Source of the DNA: an uncultured Anaerolineales bacterium
GTDB taxonomy: Bacteria > Chloroflexota > Anaerolineae > Anaerolineales > UBA11858
Reading direction: 5' to 3'
Assembly: GCA_964532455.1 (NCBI GenBank)
Contig: CAZHHT010000002.1
Coordinates: 183-64,182, forward strand
DNA: 64,000 nucleotides
Part shown: positions 19,645 to 31,088 of the stretch, in pieces
Layout of the letters: each line of letters begins with the position of its first letter
Position numbering within the stretch: position 1 is the first letter of the stretch
The notes under the pieces: model-generated
What the model saw: only the letters and a program-made list of their open reading frames with translations
Database searches by the model: none
Told to the model about the DNA's origin: nothing
Translations under genes and position numbers: made by a program

Positions 19645-21003
19645 TCAGGGACCCTGGATAGCTTCCACAAGTTCAGCAAGTGCGATCGTCGGTTCAGCCT
19701 GATCCTTCAGTACAGCTACAACCGCATCCCGTACCTCCGGTCCCAACTCATCCAGTAAATGGATATCTGGAATCAGGACAGCCGAGGGCAGCAGCTGTTG
19801 CAGAGTGGAGTAAAAGGATACTTCTGACCAGCTATCCATCCCGGATGGTCTGGTGGGAAGATACCCACCCTCAAGAGACCAGGTGGACAAATAAGTTTCA
19901 GTAGTGATAAATTCTGCTAACTCCACTGCTACCTGTTCTGTCTCGGTATCAGATGGAATCACACACCAAACCCAGCCGTCGGCATAGGTAAATGGTTTGC
20001 TGTCTTTTGTCGGTAAGGCAGACAGAGCAGTATTGGGAGAATCTGAGCTCAGAAAGGTTGAGCTCCAGGTGACAGCCAGGGTGGATTGACGTTCCTGGTA
20101 AGACTGCCAGGCCTGCTGATCGGTTTCAAACTGGGTCAGCCAATAGGGCATAACATTGGCAGCCTGTGCCTGCTGGTAATAAGTCAGAACTTCTAATAAT
20201 GATTCTTCTCTAATGACGAGATCCCCGCTGGGATCTATCAGATCACCTTCCAGACTTTGGTATAAAGCCAATGTAACCAGAGCCTGGGGATCTGAAGCCG
20301 GGAAAGCCAGCGCTTTTTGGATGGCAAGAACAGAATCCCAATCCGGCGGCGGGGGGTCTTCAGTATCATTTTTATAAGCCAGGACCATCACATCCCCGGC
20401 AAAAGGAATTCCTACAGTCTGATCTCCTATCTGAGCCAAATCCAGGGCATAGCTGAACCAATCATTTTCATCCATCACTTCGGTGATTTCATCCAGGGGT
20501 AAAACCAACCCCTCCAAAAACGCCTGTTCCATCAATGGGCGCGGTAAAGCAATCAGATCCGGCATGATGATGGGTGCTGCGGTCCGGGTTGTACGGAGAG
20601 ACTCCAGCAGACCATACTCACCGGAAAGTTCCTTCACTCGCAACTGAATGTCAGTTTGCGGTCTGCGTGAGCTAAATTCATCCAGTCGGGATAGAAATAA
20701 ATTGCTGGCAGTAGACTCGTCTAAGGGATCAAACTGCGGTGGAACCCAGAGAATCAGGGTCTCAGATCCCAGAACCGGGACACTGGGTGTTGCCGAGGGA
20801 TTTGGTGTAGGTGAAGCCAGGGACACGCTGGGAATTTCCGTAGGGGAGTTCGGGGAAAGTAACCCCTGGATATCCGGGAAATTGCAGGAGGTTATCCCGA
20901 TCATAAGCAGGATCAGGATACCAAATACCAGGAAGAGTTTTATAAATATCGATCGTTGGCTGTTTTTTCCAATCTTTTCCATCATATTTTCCTTCTCTTT
21001 CAA
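19645..21003 (-). CDS. Extracellular solute-binding protein (ABC family 1-like), membrane or lipid anchored
   Basis: N-terminal TM/lipobox (ITSC), a Pro/Ser linker, and a size and W/Y-rich profile like sugar-type SBPs. No permease genes are adjacent. Confidence 0.45.
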   Translation of the reverse strand: MKEKENMMEKIGKNSQRSIFIKLFLVFGILILLMIGITSCNFPDIQGLLSPNSPTEIPSVSLASPTPNPSATPSVPVLGSETLILWVPPQFDPLDESTASNLFLSRLDEFSSRRPQTDIQLRVKELSGEYGLLESLRTTRTAAPIIMPDLIALPRPLMEQAFLEGLVLPLDEITEVMDENDWFSYALDLAQIGDQTVGIPFAGDVMVLAYKNDTEDPPPPDWDSVLAIQKALAFPASDPQALVTLALYQSLEGDLIDPSGDLVIREESLLEVLTYYQQAQAANVMPYWLTQFETDQQAWQSYQERQSTLAVTWSSTFLSSDSPNTALSALPTKDSKPFTYADGWVWCVIPSDTETEQVAVELAEFITTETYLSTWSLEGGYLPTRPSGMDSWSEVSFYSTLQQLLPSAVLIPDIHLLDELGPEVRDAVVAVLKDQAEPTIALAELVEAIQGP

Positions 21004-21178
21004 AGAAACCCCATTAAACCACAGTTTTCCCCAGAGGGAACTAATCTAATACAGATTTAATGAAGTTGATCAAGGGAGCCATTTCAACTCACAGTAACCT
21101 GCTAACATCGCCCTTTAATCAATAAAATCCAAAATAACTCCTTAGATTAATAAGAAAAGAAAATCCTCATGAATAAAA

Positions 21179-21583
21179 TTATTCCGCTGTTGAGGCTGGT
21201 GTTGGCGGTTCAGAGGTGTCCGTAGGGAGCTCGGTCGCTGTTGAGGTCGCTGTTGGGGTAGCTGTCCCGGTTGGCTCCGGTGTCCAGCTCGGTGTGGGTG
21301 TGTCTGTTGGGATAGGAGACGGTGTTCCCGTTGGGGTGATAGTCGCTGTCAATGTCGGTGTGAAAGTGGGATATCTCGTAGGGATATTCCTTCCAGGTGT
21401 AAATGTGACGAACGGAGTAGATGTATATGTAGCAGTCCGGGTGGACTGCACAGTACTCTGAGGTTCATTATTCTGTTTGATCTTCACAAAGGCATACCCT
21501 AATCCATAACAGGGAAGGGTTGCTCCGATCAAGATTATAAATATTATTTGCAAACGCTTTTGTTTTTGATTTGGATAGCTCAT
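21179..21583 (-). CDS. Membrane-anchored Thr/Pro-rich low-complexity protein
   Basis: One N-terminal TM helix followed by about 80 aa of TP-rich sequence. The coding call rests on the ORF, its strand context and its position only. Confidence 0.4.
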   Translation of the reverse strand: MSYPNQKQKRLQIIFIILIGATLPCYGLGYAFVKIKQNNEPQSTVQSTRTATYTSTPFVTFTPGRNIPTRYPTFTPTLTATITPTGTPSPIPTDTPTPSWTPEPTGTATPTATSTATELPTDTSEPPTPASTAE

Positions 21584-21758
21584 GGATAGGGTCTTTAGGA
21601 CATCCAGGTCGTAATCTTTCCCTGAAAAGTGCGAAATCTGATCTAATTTATTGCGCCAAGGGTATTGTATAATCGTATATATTATATTGTAATTCTACTT
21701 GATGGCACGGTAGAAAACTGTTAGCCGGAAATTTAGCTGAATTTACTGACAAGAAAAC

Positions 21759-22475
21759 ATGACCATCCCCCTCCATATCACCACCCTCCTATTTGACCTG
21801 GATGGAACATTAACCCACCAGCACCCAACTTCTCTGGATATCTTGTTCACCGTCCTGGACGAACATCAACTTCCTTTAATGGCAACCGCTCATAGAGACA
21901 CGTTGCAGTTCGTTTACCAATACTGGGCAAATTCGAACGAGGTTGCTCAGGATAAAGAGATGTTTGGTGAGTTTACTGATGATTTCTGGATCCACTATTT
22001 AAAGCGAAAATTATTGGCTGCGGGCCTAACCGAGTTTCAGGCTGCTGATTTAGCCCCAATTCTGCAGCCTGAACTGGTGGAAAGGCACCAACCGGAAAAG
22101 CTGGTGCCTGATGATGTTAGACCCACCCTAAAGGCTCTCCGTAGAAAAGGTTACGTTATGGGATTGGTATCCAACCGGTCGAGCTCGATTGAGGAAGAAA
22201 TCAACGAATTGGGATTTCTTCCTTATTTTGATTTTTTCTTTTCAGCAGGGGAAATCAATTCCTGGAAACCCGATCCGGGCATATTTGAACATGCGCTTTA
22301 TCTGGCGGAAAGCAGCCCTGAGTCAACTGCCTATATCGGGGATAATTACTATACAGATGTCCTGGGTGCCCGGGAAATCGGGATCTATCCCATTCTACTT
22401 GACCCCCGAAATACCTTCTCGGACGCAGACTGTCAGGTAATCACCACTATTGGGAACCTGGTCGCTGAGATATAA
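21759..22475 (+). CDS. HAD-superfamily hydrolase
   Basis: LLFDLDGTL motif I, SN motif II (VSNRS) and GDN..TD motif IV. Confidence 0.75.
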   Translation: MTIPLHITTLLFDLDGTLTHQHPTSLDILFTVLDEHQLPLMATAHRDTLQFVYQYWANSNEVAQDKEMFGEFTDDFWIHYLKRKLLAAGLTEFQAADLAPILQPELVERHQPEKLVPDDVRPTLKALRRKGYVMGLVSNRSSSIEEEINELGFLPYFDFFFSAGEINSWKPDPGIFEHALYLAESSPESTAYIGDNYYTDVLGAREIGIYPILLDPRNTFSDADCQVITTIGNLVAEI

Positions 22476-22529
22476 TCCTTCCAATTACTTTCCACCAGGT
22501 GGGTAATAAAAGGATCATTCCAAACCACC

Positions 22530-23579
22530 TCATTGCTCCATGATCACCGTTTGGGTTGGGTAGGCAAATTCAATGCCTTCCTGTTCAAAACGCTGATATA
22601 GTTTCAGATTAATGATTTGCTGGGCGTCTAAATAAGAAGCGTAAGCCGGGTCGAGAACATAGTAAACTATAGCAAAATTCAGGGAATAATCTCCCATGGA
22701 CTTAAAATGAGCGCGTTCAAATTGGACGTTTTCAAGTGGAGAAATGATTTCTTCTACAATCCCCGGTATTTTTTTCAGATTCTCCATCGATGTGCCGTAA
22801 GTGACAGCAACCGAAAAAGAAATCCGTCGTCTTTCTAATCTTTTATAGTTCCTGATCCGGCTGTTGAGCAAATCAGTGTTGGAAAAGATCAGTTCCTCTC
22901 CAGACAGGCTGCGGATCCGGGTGCTCTTCAATCCGATATCCTCGACATCACCTTCAAAATCATCTACTTCCACAAAGTCACCGATCACAAAAGGTTTGTC
23001 CAGTGTGATGGAGAGCGAAGCGAATAAATCACCCAGAATATTTTGAAGCGCCAAGGCAACCGCGATGCCGCCAATACCCAGGCTGGCAACCAGGCTGCTA
23101 ATTTCAATATTTAAGTTGTCTAGAATGATCAGAGACAAGATAACCCACAAGAGGATTTTTCCGATTGATCCCAGTGCATCCAGCGTGGTCGCATCCTCGC
23201 CATGGTCCTCTTTGACATTGTTAGCGACACTCCGGTTGACATAATATGAGATTAACCCAGTACCCCAAAAACCCAGCTGCAAAGTTAAGATCACTTGATT
23301 TCCCAATACCAACCATTTCCGAACTTCGATTGGTATATTCAATGCCAGCATGCCAAGGTACAGACCCAGGGCAAGGAAAGAAAACCAGCGGGTTTGATTC
23401 AGTACCGGAATGATGAAATTATCCTTCTCGGTTTTTGATTTTTTATCCCGGTTTATTAATCGGTTACTTATGATCCGTTTGATGAGGGTCAATATCAAAA
23501 AGATCCCCACCAAAATCCCCAAGGCGATCAACCAATTCTTTATTGAATTTTCAAATATGACAAAGTTTAATAAATCCAT
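22530..23579 (-). CDS. Mechanosensitive ion channel (MscS family)
   Basis: Three or four N-terminal TM helices, then the conserved pore/beta-domain pattern (LGIGGIAVALALQNILGDLFASL...PFVIGDFV). Confidence 0.85.
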   Translation of the reverse strand: MDLLNFVIFENSIKNWLIALGILVGIFLILTLIKRIISNRLINRDKKSKTEKDNFIIPVLNQTRWFSFLALGLYLGMLALNIPIEVRKWLVLGNQVILTLQLGFWGTGLISYYVNRSVANNVKEDHGEDATTLDALGSIGKILLWVILSLIILDNLNIEISSLVASLGIGGIAVALALQNILGDLFASLSITLDKPFVIGDFVEVDDFEGDVEDIGLKSTRIRSLSGEELIFSNTDLLNSRIRNYKRLERRRISFSVAVTYGTSMENLKKIPGIVEEIISPLENVQFERAHFKSMGDYSLNFAIVYYVLDPAYASYLDAQQIINLKLYQRFEQEGIEFAYPTQTVIMEQ

Positions 23580-23694
23580 AGTTGCCTTTCCTTTTACACC
23601 TTATTACCTGTAAGCCTCACTGATCCATTTTATAAGCGCCGGATTCTCAGCCTGTGCAGGTTCTAACTAGGTTACAAGCCGAGTTTTTGATAAC

Positions 23695-24513
23695 TTACTT
23701 ACGGTTTTCACTCATCCACTCCATCGCAAAATCAACCAGATCCTGCTGAGGAATCAATTCCACTTGGGCATTTCCAACTTGCCCGGTCAGGATCTTTCCA
23801 CCTGATTTCTGATAGGCATTTCCTATTTCTTCAAATTCCTCGCTGTTTTCTTCTAGTTCGTTCAAGTTTACCCAATGTCGGACACCGTCCTGAATGATTG
23901 GCGCCCCCTGCTGAATTTCATTTTTGCCCGGAAAATCTGCCCGGAACTCTGCCAAGTGCATGCTGGTATTGTTTTCTTGACCCACACCCAGGAGCAAAAT
24001 CCAGCCCTCAAGTTCATAGACTCTGGCTAATGGCGAATCCTCCCCCAACCCAAAATGCAGCCCATGACTCCCGGTAATGAACTCCGCATGTTTGCCTCTA
24101 GCTGTAAACGAGACATGGGGATGATTGCTACGGAGCGCACCGGTTTGCTTGCGGAAAGTTTCAGATATTCTTCCCATCCCACGGGTGGGTGTGGAGTCAG
24201 GGTCAAAGGCCGGCATGGTTTGGCGGATAATTTCTTTCCATCCCTCAGGCACTGGCGGATTTTCCCATTTCTCAGGATCGGTTAAATCCCCCGAATGGGT
24301 GGGCATTACCAATGTGCCTTCCGGACCGAGTACTTCCTCGAGAGCCAGGATAACCCCTACTGGTCCGCCGCTTACCCAACCCAGAGAACTAAGTGAGGAA
24401 TGAACCAGCAGCACCATGCCCTTCAATACACCAAGGTTTATTAAGTCTTTTTTGATCGAATCAACCGTAACCGGTCCGTCTTTGGTGGTCTTTATGACAT
24501 CTAATTCACTCAT
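23695..24513 (-). CDS. Aminoglycoside N(3)-acetyltransferase family protein (AAC(3)/Antibiotic_NAT)
   Basis: LLVHSSLSSLGWVSGGPVGVILAL...GTLVMPTHS motif. The start is ambiguous; the ORF extends to 24609, and I chose the ATG preceded by AGAGGA. Confidence 0.7.
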   Translation of the reverse strand: MSELDVIKTTKDGPVTVDSIKKDLINLGVLKGMVLLVHSSLSSLGWVSGGPVGVILALEEVLGPEGTLVMPTHSGDLTDPEKWENPPVPEGWKEIIRQTMPAFDPDSTPTRGMGRISETFRKQTGALRSNHPHVSFTARGKHAEFITGSHGLHFGLGEDSPLARVYELEGWILLLGVGQENNTSMHLAEFRADFPGKNEIQQGAPIIQDGVRHWVNLNELEENSEEFEEIGNAYQKSGGKILTGQVGNAQVELIPQQDLVDFAMEWMSENRK

Positions 24514-24801
24514 CAGGTTCCTCTGCATTAATTTCTCATCCATCATACCAGAATTTCTTTTCCCAACAGGTTTTACGGCATAACATCTGGAGTTATTTTC
24601 GGTGATCACTGGAAGAGATCTGATTATTTTTTTCCTGAAGCGCGCTAATCCTCACCCGCTCACCAAGTTGAATTAATCTGATTAAACCTTATATGCGGCA
24701 GCTGGCTGGGTTCTTTCAGCAGGAAAGCAGGGAAAGTCAATTTCAAGGTGAGGAAATGAATTTGATAAAAATGAAGGGTATCAAACCCTGCGGATAGAAC
24801 C

Positions 24802-25638
24802 TCAGATCCGCCAGGCCAGGATAAAAAGTACGGTAAACAAACTGCTAATGATCAATTGCCTGATACCGATATTCGTTGGTTTGACCCCCACAGCTGGATA
24901 ATAAATTCCCCGGAATGTCTCACTCCACTGTAGAAGATAAGGGGCAAAAATCCAAGTCGGTATAATACCCGCAGCAGATAGCAGGATTGCAATCAGGAGG
25001 TTGAAACTTGAGTAAAGCGCAGCCCGCCAACCCAATCGAAAGCGGTCCTTGAGAGAAGGGATCTTTTTTTGTTCACGTTGTGCCAACTGCAAATAAACAT
25101 AAACAATCGATGCTGCTGACTGGAACCAGGTTAACCCCCACAACCACCAGCCCAATCCGAAAAGCCCGCCAACGCCGATCCAATACCCTGCCGGGGCAGT
25201 GAGTGCCAGCACACCGCTGGCTACAATTTCAATACCCATCTGTCCTCGTTCAGCCCGATTGTAAACCAGATACAAGTGCCAGATAAAGACAAGGATGCCA
25301 GGTATAGCGAGAATCAATAAATAACTTAACCCACGAAGAACCAATCCCCCGACCATTAATACCCCCACAAAACCGTAAATGAATATCGCCCAACCAGCCG
25401 GGCGCAGATCTGCTTTCGATTTTCGGCCACTTAAGACTTTCACAGCTATCGTGATCGGGTGACGGATTAAAAATCCAACCAGCGCACCCAACACAAGAAT
25501 TACTGCGTCTATAGACCAGCTTTGGCCGGCAAAGAGCCCGATTAACAACGGGCTGAAGAGAAAAACCCAGGATCCGTGTTCGTTGGTGATAAAGATTTGT
25601 CGCTGAAAAATTTTCTGCTTTTTAGTCATGTGGTTCAA
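24802..25638 (-). CDS. Polytopic membrane protein (YwiC-like)
   Basis: About 8 predicted TM helices. The family assignment is by overall resemblance only. Confidence 0.4.
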   Translation of the reverse strand: MNHMTKKQKIFQRQIFITNEHGSWVFLFSPLLIGLFAGQSWSIDAVILVLGALVGFLIRHPITIAVKVLSGRKSKADLRPAGWAIFIYGFVGVLMVGGLVLRGLSYLLILAIPGILVFIWHLYLVYNRAERGQMGIEIVASGVLALTAPAGYWIGVGGLFGLGWWLWGLTWFQSAASIVYVYLQLAQREQKKIPSLKDRFRLGWRAALYSSFNLLIAILLSAAGIIPTWIFAPYLLQWSETFRGIYYPAVGVKPTNIGIRQLIISSLFTVLFILAWRI

Positions 25639-25952
25639 ACCATATTAATATAGGAATTGGTTAAGAAAGTATACTATTACCCTATTCTAAAATCACGAGG
25701 AAACAGTAGGGAAAGAAACCTGGCAGTCAGGATCTTCATGCTGCTGATAACTATCTTTGCTATTAAAAATAAGGAAATGCGCGGAAACAGGAATCTACCT
25801 GACAATCCCAGAAGAAGCAGATGAAATGAGTGGAATATTTTTCGACCAGAAGAAACTAAATTTGCCTGCTTACCTTCCACCTTCAGAATGAGGCTCTTAT
25901 GGTAGGATTAACAAGTTCATCATTAACCAGACTATTTTCTTTTCCTTGAGAC

Positions 25953-26678
25953 ATGGAACTTTCTACAACAACTTTTCTTGTACTATCAATTCTTTTCCTC
26001 TCCACATTTATTCGATCAGCCTTGGGGTTTGGTGACGCATTGATCGCAATGCCCCTCCTGGCAATAGTAGTAGGCTTACAAGTAGCAACTCCTCTTGTAG
26101 CAATGGGTGCTTCAACAATCGCCTTCACGATCCTCCTAAAATCATGGCGGAAAGTAGAGATAAAAGCGGCTTGGCGCCTGGTCCTTTCAACCTGGATCGG
26201 GATCCCAATCGGAATATATTTCCTGAAAGCAGCACCAGAACCACTCGTAAAATCCCTTTTGGGAATCCTCTTGATCGGGTTTGGATCATACAACTTATTT
26301 GTTCCTACTCTCCCCAGATTACTCAATGAAAAATGGGCTTATTTAACTGGTCTTATTGCAGGAATATTAGGTGGCGCATATAACACAAACGGACCACCGG
26401 TAGTTGTCTATGGCATATTACGCCGCTGGGATCCAGAAAAATTCCGGGCCACACTGCAAGGATATTTTCTTCCGACGGGTTTCGCCATCTTGGTCACTCA
26501 TGGTTTAGCGGGTATGTGGACTTCACAAGTGATTCGTCTCTACGGATATAGTTTGCCCATCATCATCGGAGCAGTTCTGGTGGGTGAAAAAGTAAATCGG
26601 ATCATTCCCCAGGGAAAATTCGATAAAATCATCTATGGATTTTTAGTTGTAATTGGATTTTTTCTAATCATTCGCTAA
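25953..26678 (+). CDS. TauE/SafE family sulfite/anion exporter (DUF81)
   Basis: 241 aa and 7-8 TM helices, with the duplicated GxGGG-like pattern (GFGDALIAMPLL; GILGGAYN). Confidence 0.75.
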   Translation: MELSTTTFLVLSILFLSTFIRSALGFGDALIAMPLLAIVVGLQVATPLVAMGASTIAFTILLKSWRKVEIKAAWRLVLSTWIGIPIGIYFLKAAPEPLVKSLLGILLIGFGSYNLFVPTLPRLLNEKWAYLTGLIAGILGGAYNTNGPPVVVYGILRRWDPEKFRATLQGYFLPTGFAILVTHGLAGMWTSQVIRLYGYSLPIIIGAVLVGEKVNRIIPQGKFDKIIYGFLVVIGFFLIIR

Positions 26679-26712
26679 ACGATACCCCAAACTCAATAAG
26701 AACTTGATACCC

Positions 26713-26750
26713 AAACAAAACCTCCCTCTCTAAATAAAACGGGGGGAGGT
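26713..26750 (-). terminator. Candidate terminator after the ABC ATPase gene, possibly bidirectional with tauE
   Basis: acctccc / gggaggt stem; the minus strand continues ttttgttt. Confidence 0.4.
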
Positions 26751-26775
26751 CTGCATTGATTTTTAGCGAAATAAT

Positions 26776-27519
26776 TTAATGTTTTAAGATTTGAGACAAG
26801 AATAACTTTGTACGTTCTTCTTGAGGATTGTTGTAAATTTCCTCTGGCGTACCACTTTCAACTATCTTCCCTTCATCAAAAAAGTACATTCGATCAGCTA
26901 CTGCCCGGGCAAAACCCATTTCGTGAGTAACTACAATCATGGTCATGCCGGATTCAGCAAGATCAGTCATGGTGTCAAGAACTTCCTTGATCATTTCTGG
27001 ATCGAGAGCAGACGTTGGTTCATCAAAGAGCATGATCTTGGGCTGCATAGCTAATGCTCGCGCAATGGCCACCCGCTGCTGTTGTCCCCCGGAAAGATTT
27101 CCAGGGAATTTAAAAGCCTGCTCAGGGATTCCAACAAGTTCTAAGAGCTCTATGGCAACTTCCTCAGCTTTCTTTTTAGGCCATTTGCGTACCCAGATCG
27201 GCGCTAGAGTGATATTTTGCACCACGGAAAGATGGGGAAATAAGTTGAACTGTTGAAAAACCATCCCCGTTTCCATTCGAATTTGCTCAATATTCCGCAC
27301 ATCATGTGTAAGTTCAATACCATCTACGACAATTTGACCCTCCTGATGTTCTTCCAAGCGATTGATGGTACGAATAAAGGTGGATTTACCAGAACCAGAT
27401 GGGCCAAAGATTACAATCACTTCGCCTAGGAAAACTTCCATATCAATACCACGCAAAGCGTGAAAGTCATCATACCACTTATGGACATTCTTACAATAAA
27501 TAATCGGTTCTTCAGTCAT
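26776..27519 (-). CDS. aapP: Amino-acid ABC transporter ATP-binding protein
   Basis: Walker [10 protein letters not shown], signature LSGGQQQR and Walker [12 protein letters not shown]. It is the last gene of the J-Q-M-P order. Confidence 0.85.
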   Translation of the reverse strand: MTEEPIIYCKNVHKWYDDFHALRGIDMEVFLGEVIVIFGPSGSGKSTFIRTINRLEEHQEGQIVVDGIELTHDVRNIEQIRMETGMVFQQFNLFPHLSVVQNITLAPIWVRKWPKKKAEEVAIELLELVGIPEQAFKFPGNLSGGQQQRVAIARALAMQPKIMLFDEPTSALDPEMIKEVLDTMTDLAESGMTMIVVTHEMGFARAVADRMYFFDEGKIVESGTPEEIYNNPQEERTKLFLSQILKH

Positions 27520-27530
27520 TTTGTGGTCTC

Positions 27531-28748
27531 CTACATATTATTACCGATTCCCATTGAAGATTCTAATCGCCGGCTGGCAAGGGACATCAGATAACTAAAA
27601 ATCCAATAGATAAGGGCAATGAAAAGATATACTTCCATCCGTAATTGAACAAATTCGGGATCAGAATTAATAATTGAACGACCAATACCCAGAAAATCAT
27701 TGATACCAATAATTACCACCAGGGTAGTATCCTTAAACAAACTAATAAATTGCCCCGCAATGGCTGGAAGGACCGCTCGTAATGCCTGGGGTAATACAAT
27801 AAGTATCGTCGTTTTGAGGTTGCTCATTCCAAGTGCTTTTGCTGCTTCGATTTGCCCCAGGGGAACAGCTTGTAGACCACCACGCACATTTTCCGCAGAA
27901 TAAGCTGCGCTAAAAAACGTTACCGCCATCAGGGCTCGAACCAGGCGGTCGATACGGGATTCAACAGGTAAGAATAAAGCCAGGATGATGGAAAACATAA
28001 AAAGAATCGTGACCAGCGGGACTCCCCGGATCACTTCAATGAAAATCGTTGAGAAGCCGCTCAATACAGGGAGATCCGAACGGCGGCCAAAGGCTAAAGC
28101 AACCCCTAAGGGGAAGGAGAGTAATATTCCTCCCGCCGCTAGCAGAAAGGTCACTAATAATCCTCCCCAAAGGGTCGTGGGGACTTTCGGGATTAGCTCA
28201 CTATTCTCGATTCCTGTTAATAGGACGACGCCGAAGATGGGGATGAGAAGCCAACCTATAGCAATAAAGCTGCCCTTAATGGCTTTTAACCGCCCAATGA
28301 AATAACCTATCAGAATTAGGATTGTATTTGATCCCAAATATAAACGCATTCCCTGGTCAAGCTGTGGATGTTGGACAGGCAGAAGAGCAGTGACAATAAA
28401 AATAAGCCCGGCTGCGATTGAGATTGATCGCAGTAATCCCCCCCATCGCCCCCAACTGATACCAAGGAAAATGGATATGCTTGAGAGGATGACACCCACC
28501 CGCAAAATTTGATCCCGCGGGTATTGACCAACTATGTACAATAACGGAAATTGGGTGACTGCGCGCCAATCGGCGCTAAACAACACCCAACTAATTACTG
28601 AGAACAGGAGAAAAAAGACAACCGGGATTAATACGATTGTCGTCACGGTATTAAAAATACTGCTGAAGAGATTTTCCTTCACCCACTTGAGAGGTCCTGG
28701 AGGTAAAGGCGGTTGAATTATTTCTTGTTCAATTTCTGCGTTAATCAT
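27531..28748 (-). CDS. aapM: Amino-acid ABC transporter permease (long AapM-type)
   Basis: 405 aa with the EAA-loop region (EAAKALGMS). It is adjacent to and translationally close to its neighbours. Confidence 0.8.
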   Translation of the reverse strand: MINAEIEQEIIQPPLPPGPLKWVKENLFSSIFNTVTTIVLIPVVFFLLFSVISWVLFSADWRAVTQFPLLYIVGQYPRDQILRVGVILSSISIFLGISWGRWGGLLRSISIAAGLIFIVTALLPVQHPQLDQGMRLYLGSNTILILIGYFIGRLKAIKGSFIAIGWLLIPIFGVVLLTGIENSELIPKVPTTLWGGLLVTFLLAAGGILLSFPLGVALAFGRRSDLPVLSGFSTIFIEVIRGVPLVTILFMFSIILALFLPVESRIDRLVRALMAVTFFSAAYSAENVRGGLQAVPLGQIEAAKALGMSNLKTTILIVLPQALRAVLPAIAGQFISLFKDTTLVVIIGINDFLGIGRSIINSDPEFVQLRMEVYLFIALIYWIFSYLMSLASRRLESSMGIGNNM

Positions 28749-28750
28749 GA

Positions 28751-29974
28751 TTACCTTATCACAAATTGAATCCTGCGGTTATAGATATTGAGGATAAATG
28801 AGGTCAATAAACTTAAGCTAAGATATGTAAGCATGATCAAGGCAAAAACTGGTACTGCCCGCCCAGCCTGATTGATAGCAATTTTTCCAACAGCAAAAAC
28901 TTCTTGAAAACCTATTGCCAGAGCTAGGCTGGAGTTTTTAGTCAAGTTGAGATATTGACTGATCATTGGGGGGATGATGATTCGCAAAGCCTGCGGCATG
29001 ATAACAAAGCTGAGAACTTGGATTTGAGAGAGCCCAACTGCCCGTGCTGCTTCAATTTGACCCTTATCGACTGCCTGGATCCCCCCTCTGACAACTTCAG
29101 CGATAAAAGCCGCTGTATACAAACTTAAACTAAGGAACATACCCGCAAATTCAGGAGTGAGTCGCATGCCACCCCGAAAATTATTTCCCTCAAAATAGGG
29201 GATATCCATTTGGAAAGGGGTTCCCCCTGAGAGCAGCAACCCGAATAGGAAAAAAATGATTAACAGACCAAGGCTCGCAGGTAAATAATAAGTGTCTTTT
29301 CCGGTTATTTTTCGCCGTTTGCGAAGCATGATAAAAACGATAAAGGAAACCAGAAATCCAATAGCTACTAAAATCATGAAAATGCCCCCTGTCTCAGTCA
29401 AACGCGGCCAGGCAATATAGATTCCTCGCTTGTTAACAAAAATCGGCCCAGGCCATTTGAGACTTTCTTTCACCTGTGGGGCCATTCCGAAGACCACAAA
29501 ATACCAGATAAAAAGCAAAACCAGGAGAGGTATATTACGGTGAAATTCAATAAAGACCAGTGCGATTCGACTTAATAACCAATTGGAAGAGAGGCGGGCG
29601 AGCGCGATCAAAGTGCCGAAAATTGTCGCAAAGATTATACCCAACCCGGATACCAACAAGGTATTGACAAGTCCAACCAGAAAAGCACGGCTAAATGACA
29701 TCACAGGGGCATAATCTATTGGGGGATTACTTATGGGGAATCCAGCAGATTCTTTAAGAAAGCCAAAGGTCAGTGTCATATTGCGTGCATCAGCAGCCTT
29801 GAAGAAGTTTATAATCGCCCAGATGAGAATCCCTGCGACCAGCACAACAGAAAGAATTTGAGCAAAAATCTTGAGGACACGTTCATCCCGATAAAAAGGG
29901 ATATTGGCTTTACTAGAAATTAGTGGTTGATTGTTAGTCATCACCTGCTTCCATTTATAAAAAGGATGCGGCAT
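28751..29974 (-). CDS. aapQ: Amino-acid ABC transporter permease (long AapQ-type)
   Basis: 407 aa with the EAA-loop (EAARAVGLS). Confidence 0.8.
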   Translation of the reverse strand: MPHPFYKWKQVMTNNQPLISSKANIPFYRDERVLKIFAQILSVVLVAGILIWAIINFFKAADARNMTLTFGFLKESAGFPISNPPIDYAPVMSFSRAFLVGLVNTLLVSGLGIIFATIFGTLIALARLSSNWLLSRIALVFIEFHRNIPLLVLLFIWYFVVFGMAPQVKESLKWPGPIFVNKRGIYIAWPRLTETGGIFMILVAIGFLVSFIVFIMLRKRRKITGKDTYYLPASLGLLIIFFLFGLLLSGGTPFQMDIPYFEGNNFRGGMRLTPEFAGMFLSLSLYTAAFIAEVVRGGIQAVDKGQIEAARAVGLSQIQVLSFVIMPQALRIIIPPMISQYLNLTKNSSLALAIGFQEVFAVGKIAINQAGRAVPVFALIMLTYLSLSLLTSFILNIYNRRIQFVIR

Positions 29975-30014
29975 CCAGCCGCATCCTTTCTATTATATGT
30001 TTGTAGCTAAAACA

Positions 30015-31088
30015 TTATTTAATTGGCGGGGCGTAAATCAAACCGCCATCATACCAATTGTAATTTGGTCCACGGGGCAGGGTGAAGGATATTCCATTTG
30101 GCCCCATATAGCGATCGTAAACCTCACCATAGTTTCCAACAGCACTGATGGCGTTTGCCAATGCATCAGGATCAAGACCTAAGTCCGTATAACCCCAGTC
30201 ACCCTCTTCTCCTAAGAGACGCAGGACATTGATATTATCACTGCTCTTCATCTCCTCGACATTAGCCTGGGTAACTCCAAGTTCCTCCGCATTGATTAAA
30301 GCAAAGGACACGATTTTAACGATATCGAACCAGGTATCATCTCCGTGCGGGACGGCAGGAGTGAGCGGCTCTTTAGAAATTGTGATATCAAGTATGATGT
30401 GGTCATCCGGGTTCGCGAAACCACTTCGTACAGAAGCTAATTGGGATTTATCACTCGTGGTGACATCACAGCGTCCATCTTCATACGCATTATAGACTGC
30501 CGCTGTTTCCTCAAAGATCACAGCTTCGTATTCCATGCCGTTCTGGCGGAAAAAGTCTGATAAGTTCTGCTCTGTTGTGGTTCCGCTGGTCACACAAACT
30601 GTTGCACCATCAAACTCGTCTGTGGATGTAATACCGCTATCTTTCCGGATCATAAAACCCTGACCATCATAGAACATGACATTTGTAAAATTTCCCCACT
30701 GAGCATCACGGCTGGAGGTCCAGGTAACGTTGCGGGATAAAATGTCGACTTCAGCGGTCTGCAGGACTGGTCCTCGGTCTGCTGCAGTGAGAGGAACTAC
30801 CTCAACAGCTTCGGGATCACCAAATACAGCGGCAGCTACGGCCCGGCAAAAGTCAATATCAAACCCCAAATTTCTTCCATTTTCATCTAACATACCAAAC
30901 CCGGCTAAATCTGTGCGGCCTCCACAGACAACTTTGCCGCGGTCCAGGACTCGGCCGAGGATATCTTCTTCTACTGATACAGCTTCCGCTGGTTCATCAC
31001 CGGCGGGTTGTTCCGTACTGCCACAAGCAGTAAGGACAAGCGCCAAGACTATGAAAATTGCGAGAACTGGAAAATATTTTCGATACAT
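30015..31088 (-). CDS. aapJ: Amino-acid ABC transporter substrate-binding lipoprotein
   Basis: The start is taken at the ATG with RBS AAGGAG (MYRKYFPVLAIFIVLALVLTACGS lipobox). It has the SBP family 3 profile. Confidence 0.8.
   Translation of the reverse strand: MYRKYFPVLAIFIVLALVLTACGSTEQPAGDEPAEAVSVEEDILGRVLDRGKVVCGGRTDLAGFGMLDENGRNLGFDIDFCRAVAAAVFGDPEAVEVVPLTAADRGPVLQTAEVDILSRNVTWTSSRDAQWGNFTNVMFYDGQGFMIRKDSGITSTDEFDGATVCVTSGTTTEQNLSDFFRQNGMEYEAVIFEETAAVYNAYEDGRCDVTTSDKSQLASVRSGFANPDDHIILDITISKEPLTPAVPHGDDTWFDIVKIVSFALINAEELGVTQANVEEMKSSDNINVLRLLGEEGDWGYTDLGLDPDALANAISAVGNYGEVYDRYMGPNGISFTLPRGPNYNWYDGGLIYAPPIK

Noticed and set aside
21216-21461. Plus-strand 81-aa Gly/Val-rich ORF
   Set aside because: It is the antisense shadow of the Thr/Pro-rich minus-strand ORF. 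It has low complexity and no start context.
25677-26326. Minus-strand ORFs 25677..25880 and 25883..26326
   Set aside because: The second overlaps the well-supported TauE/SafE gene on the opposite strand. Both lack recognisable motifs or an RBS.
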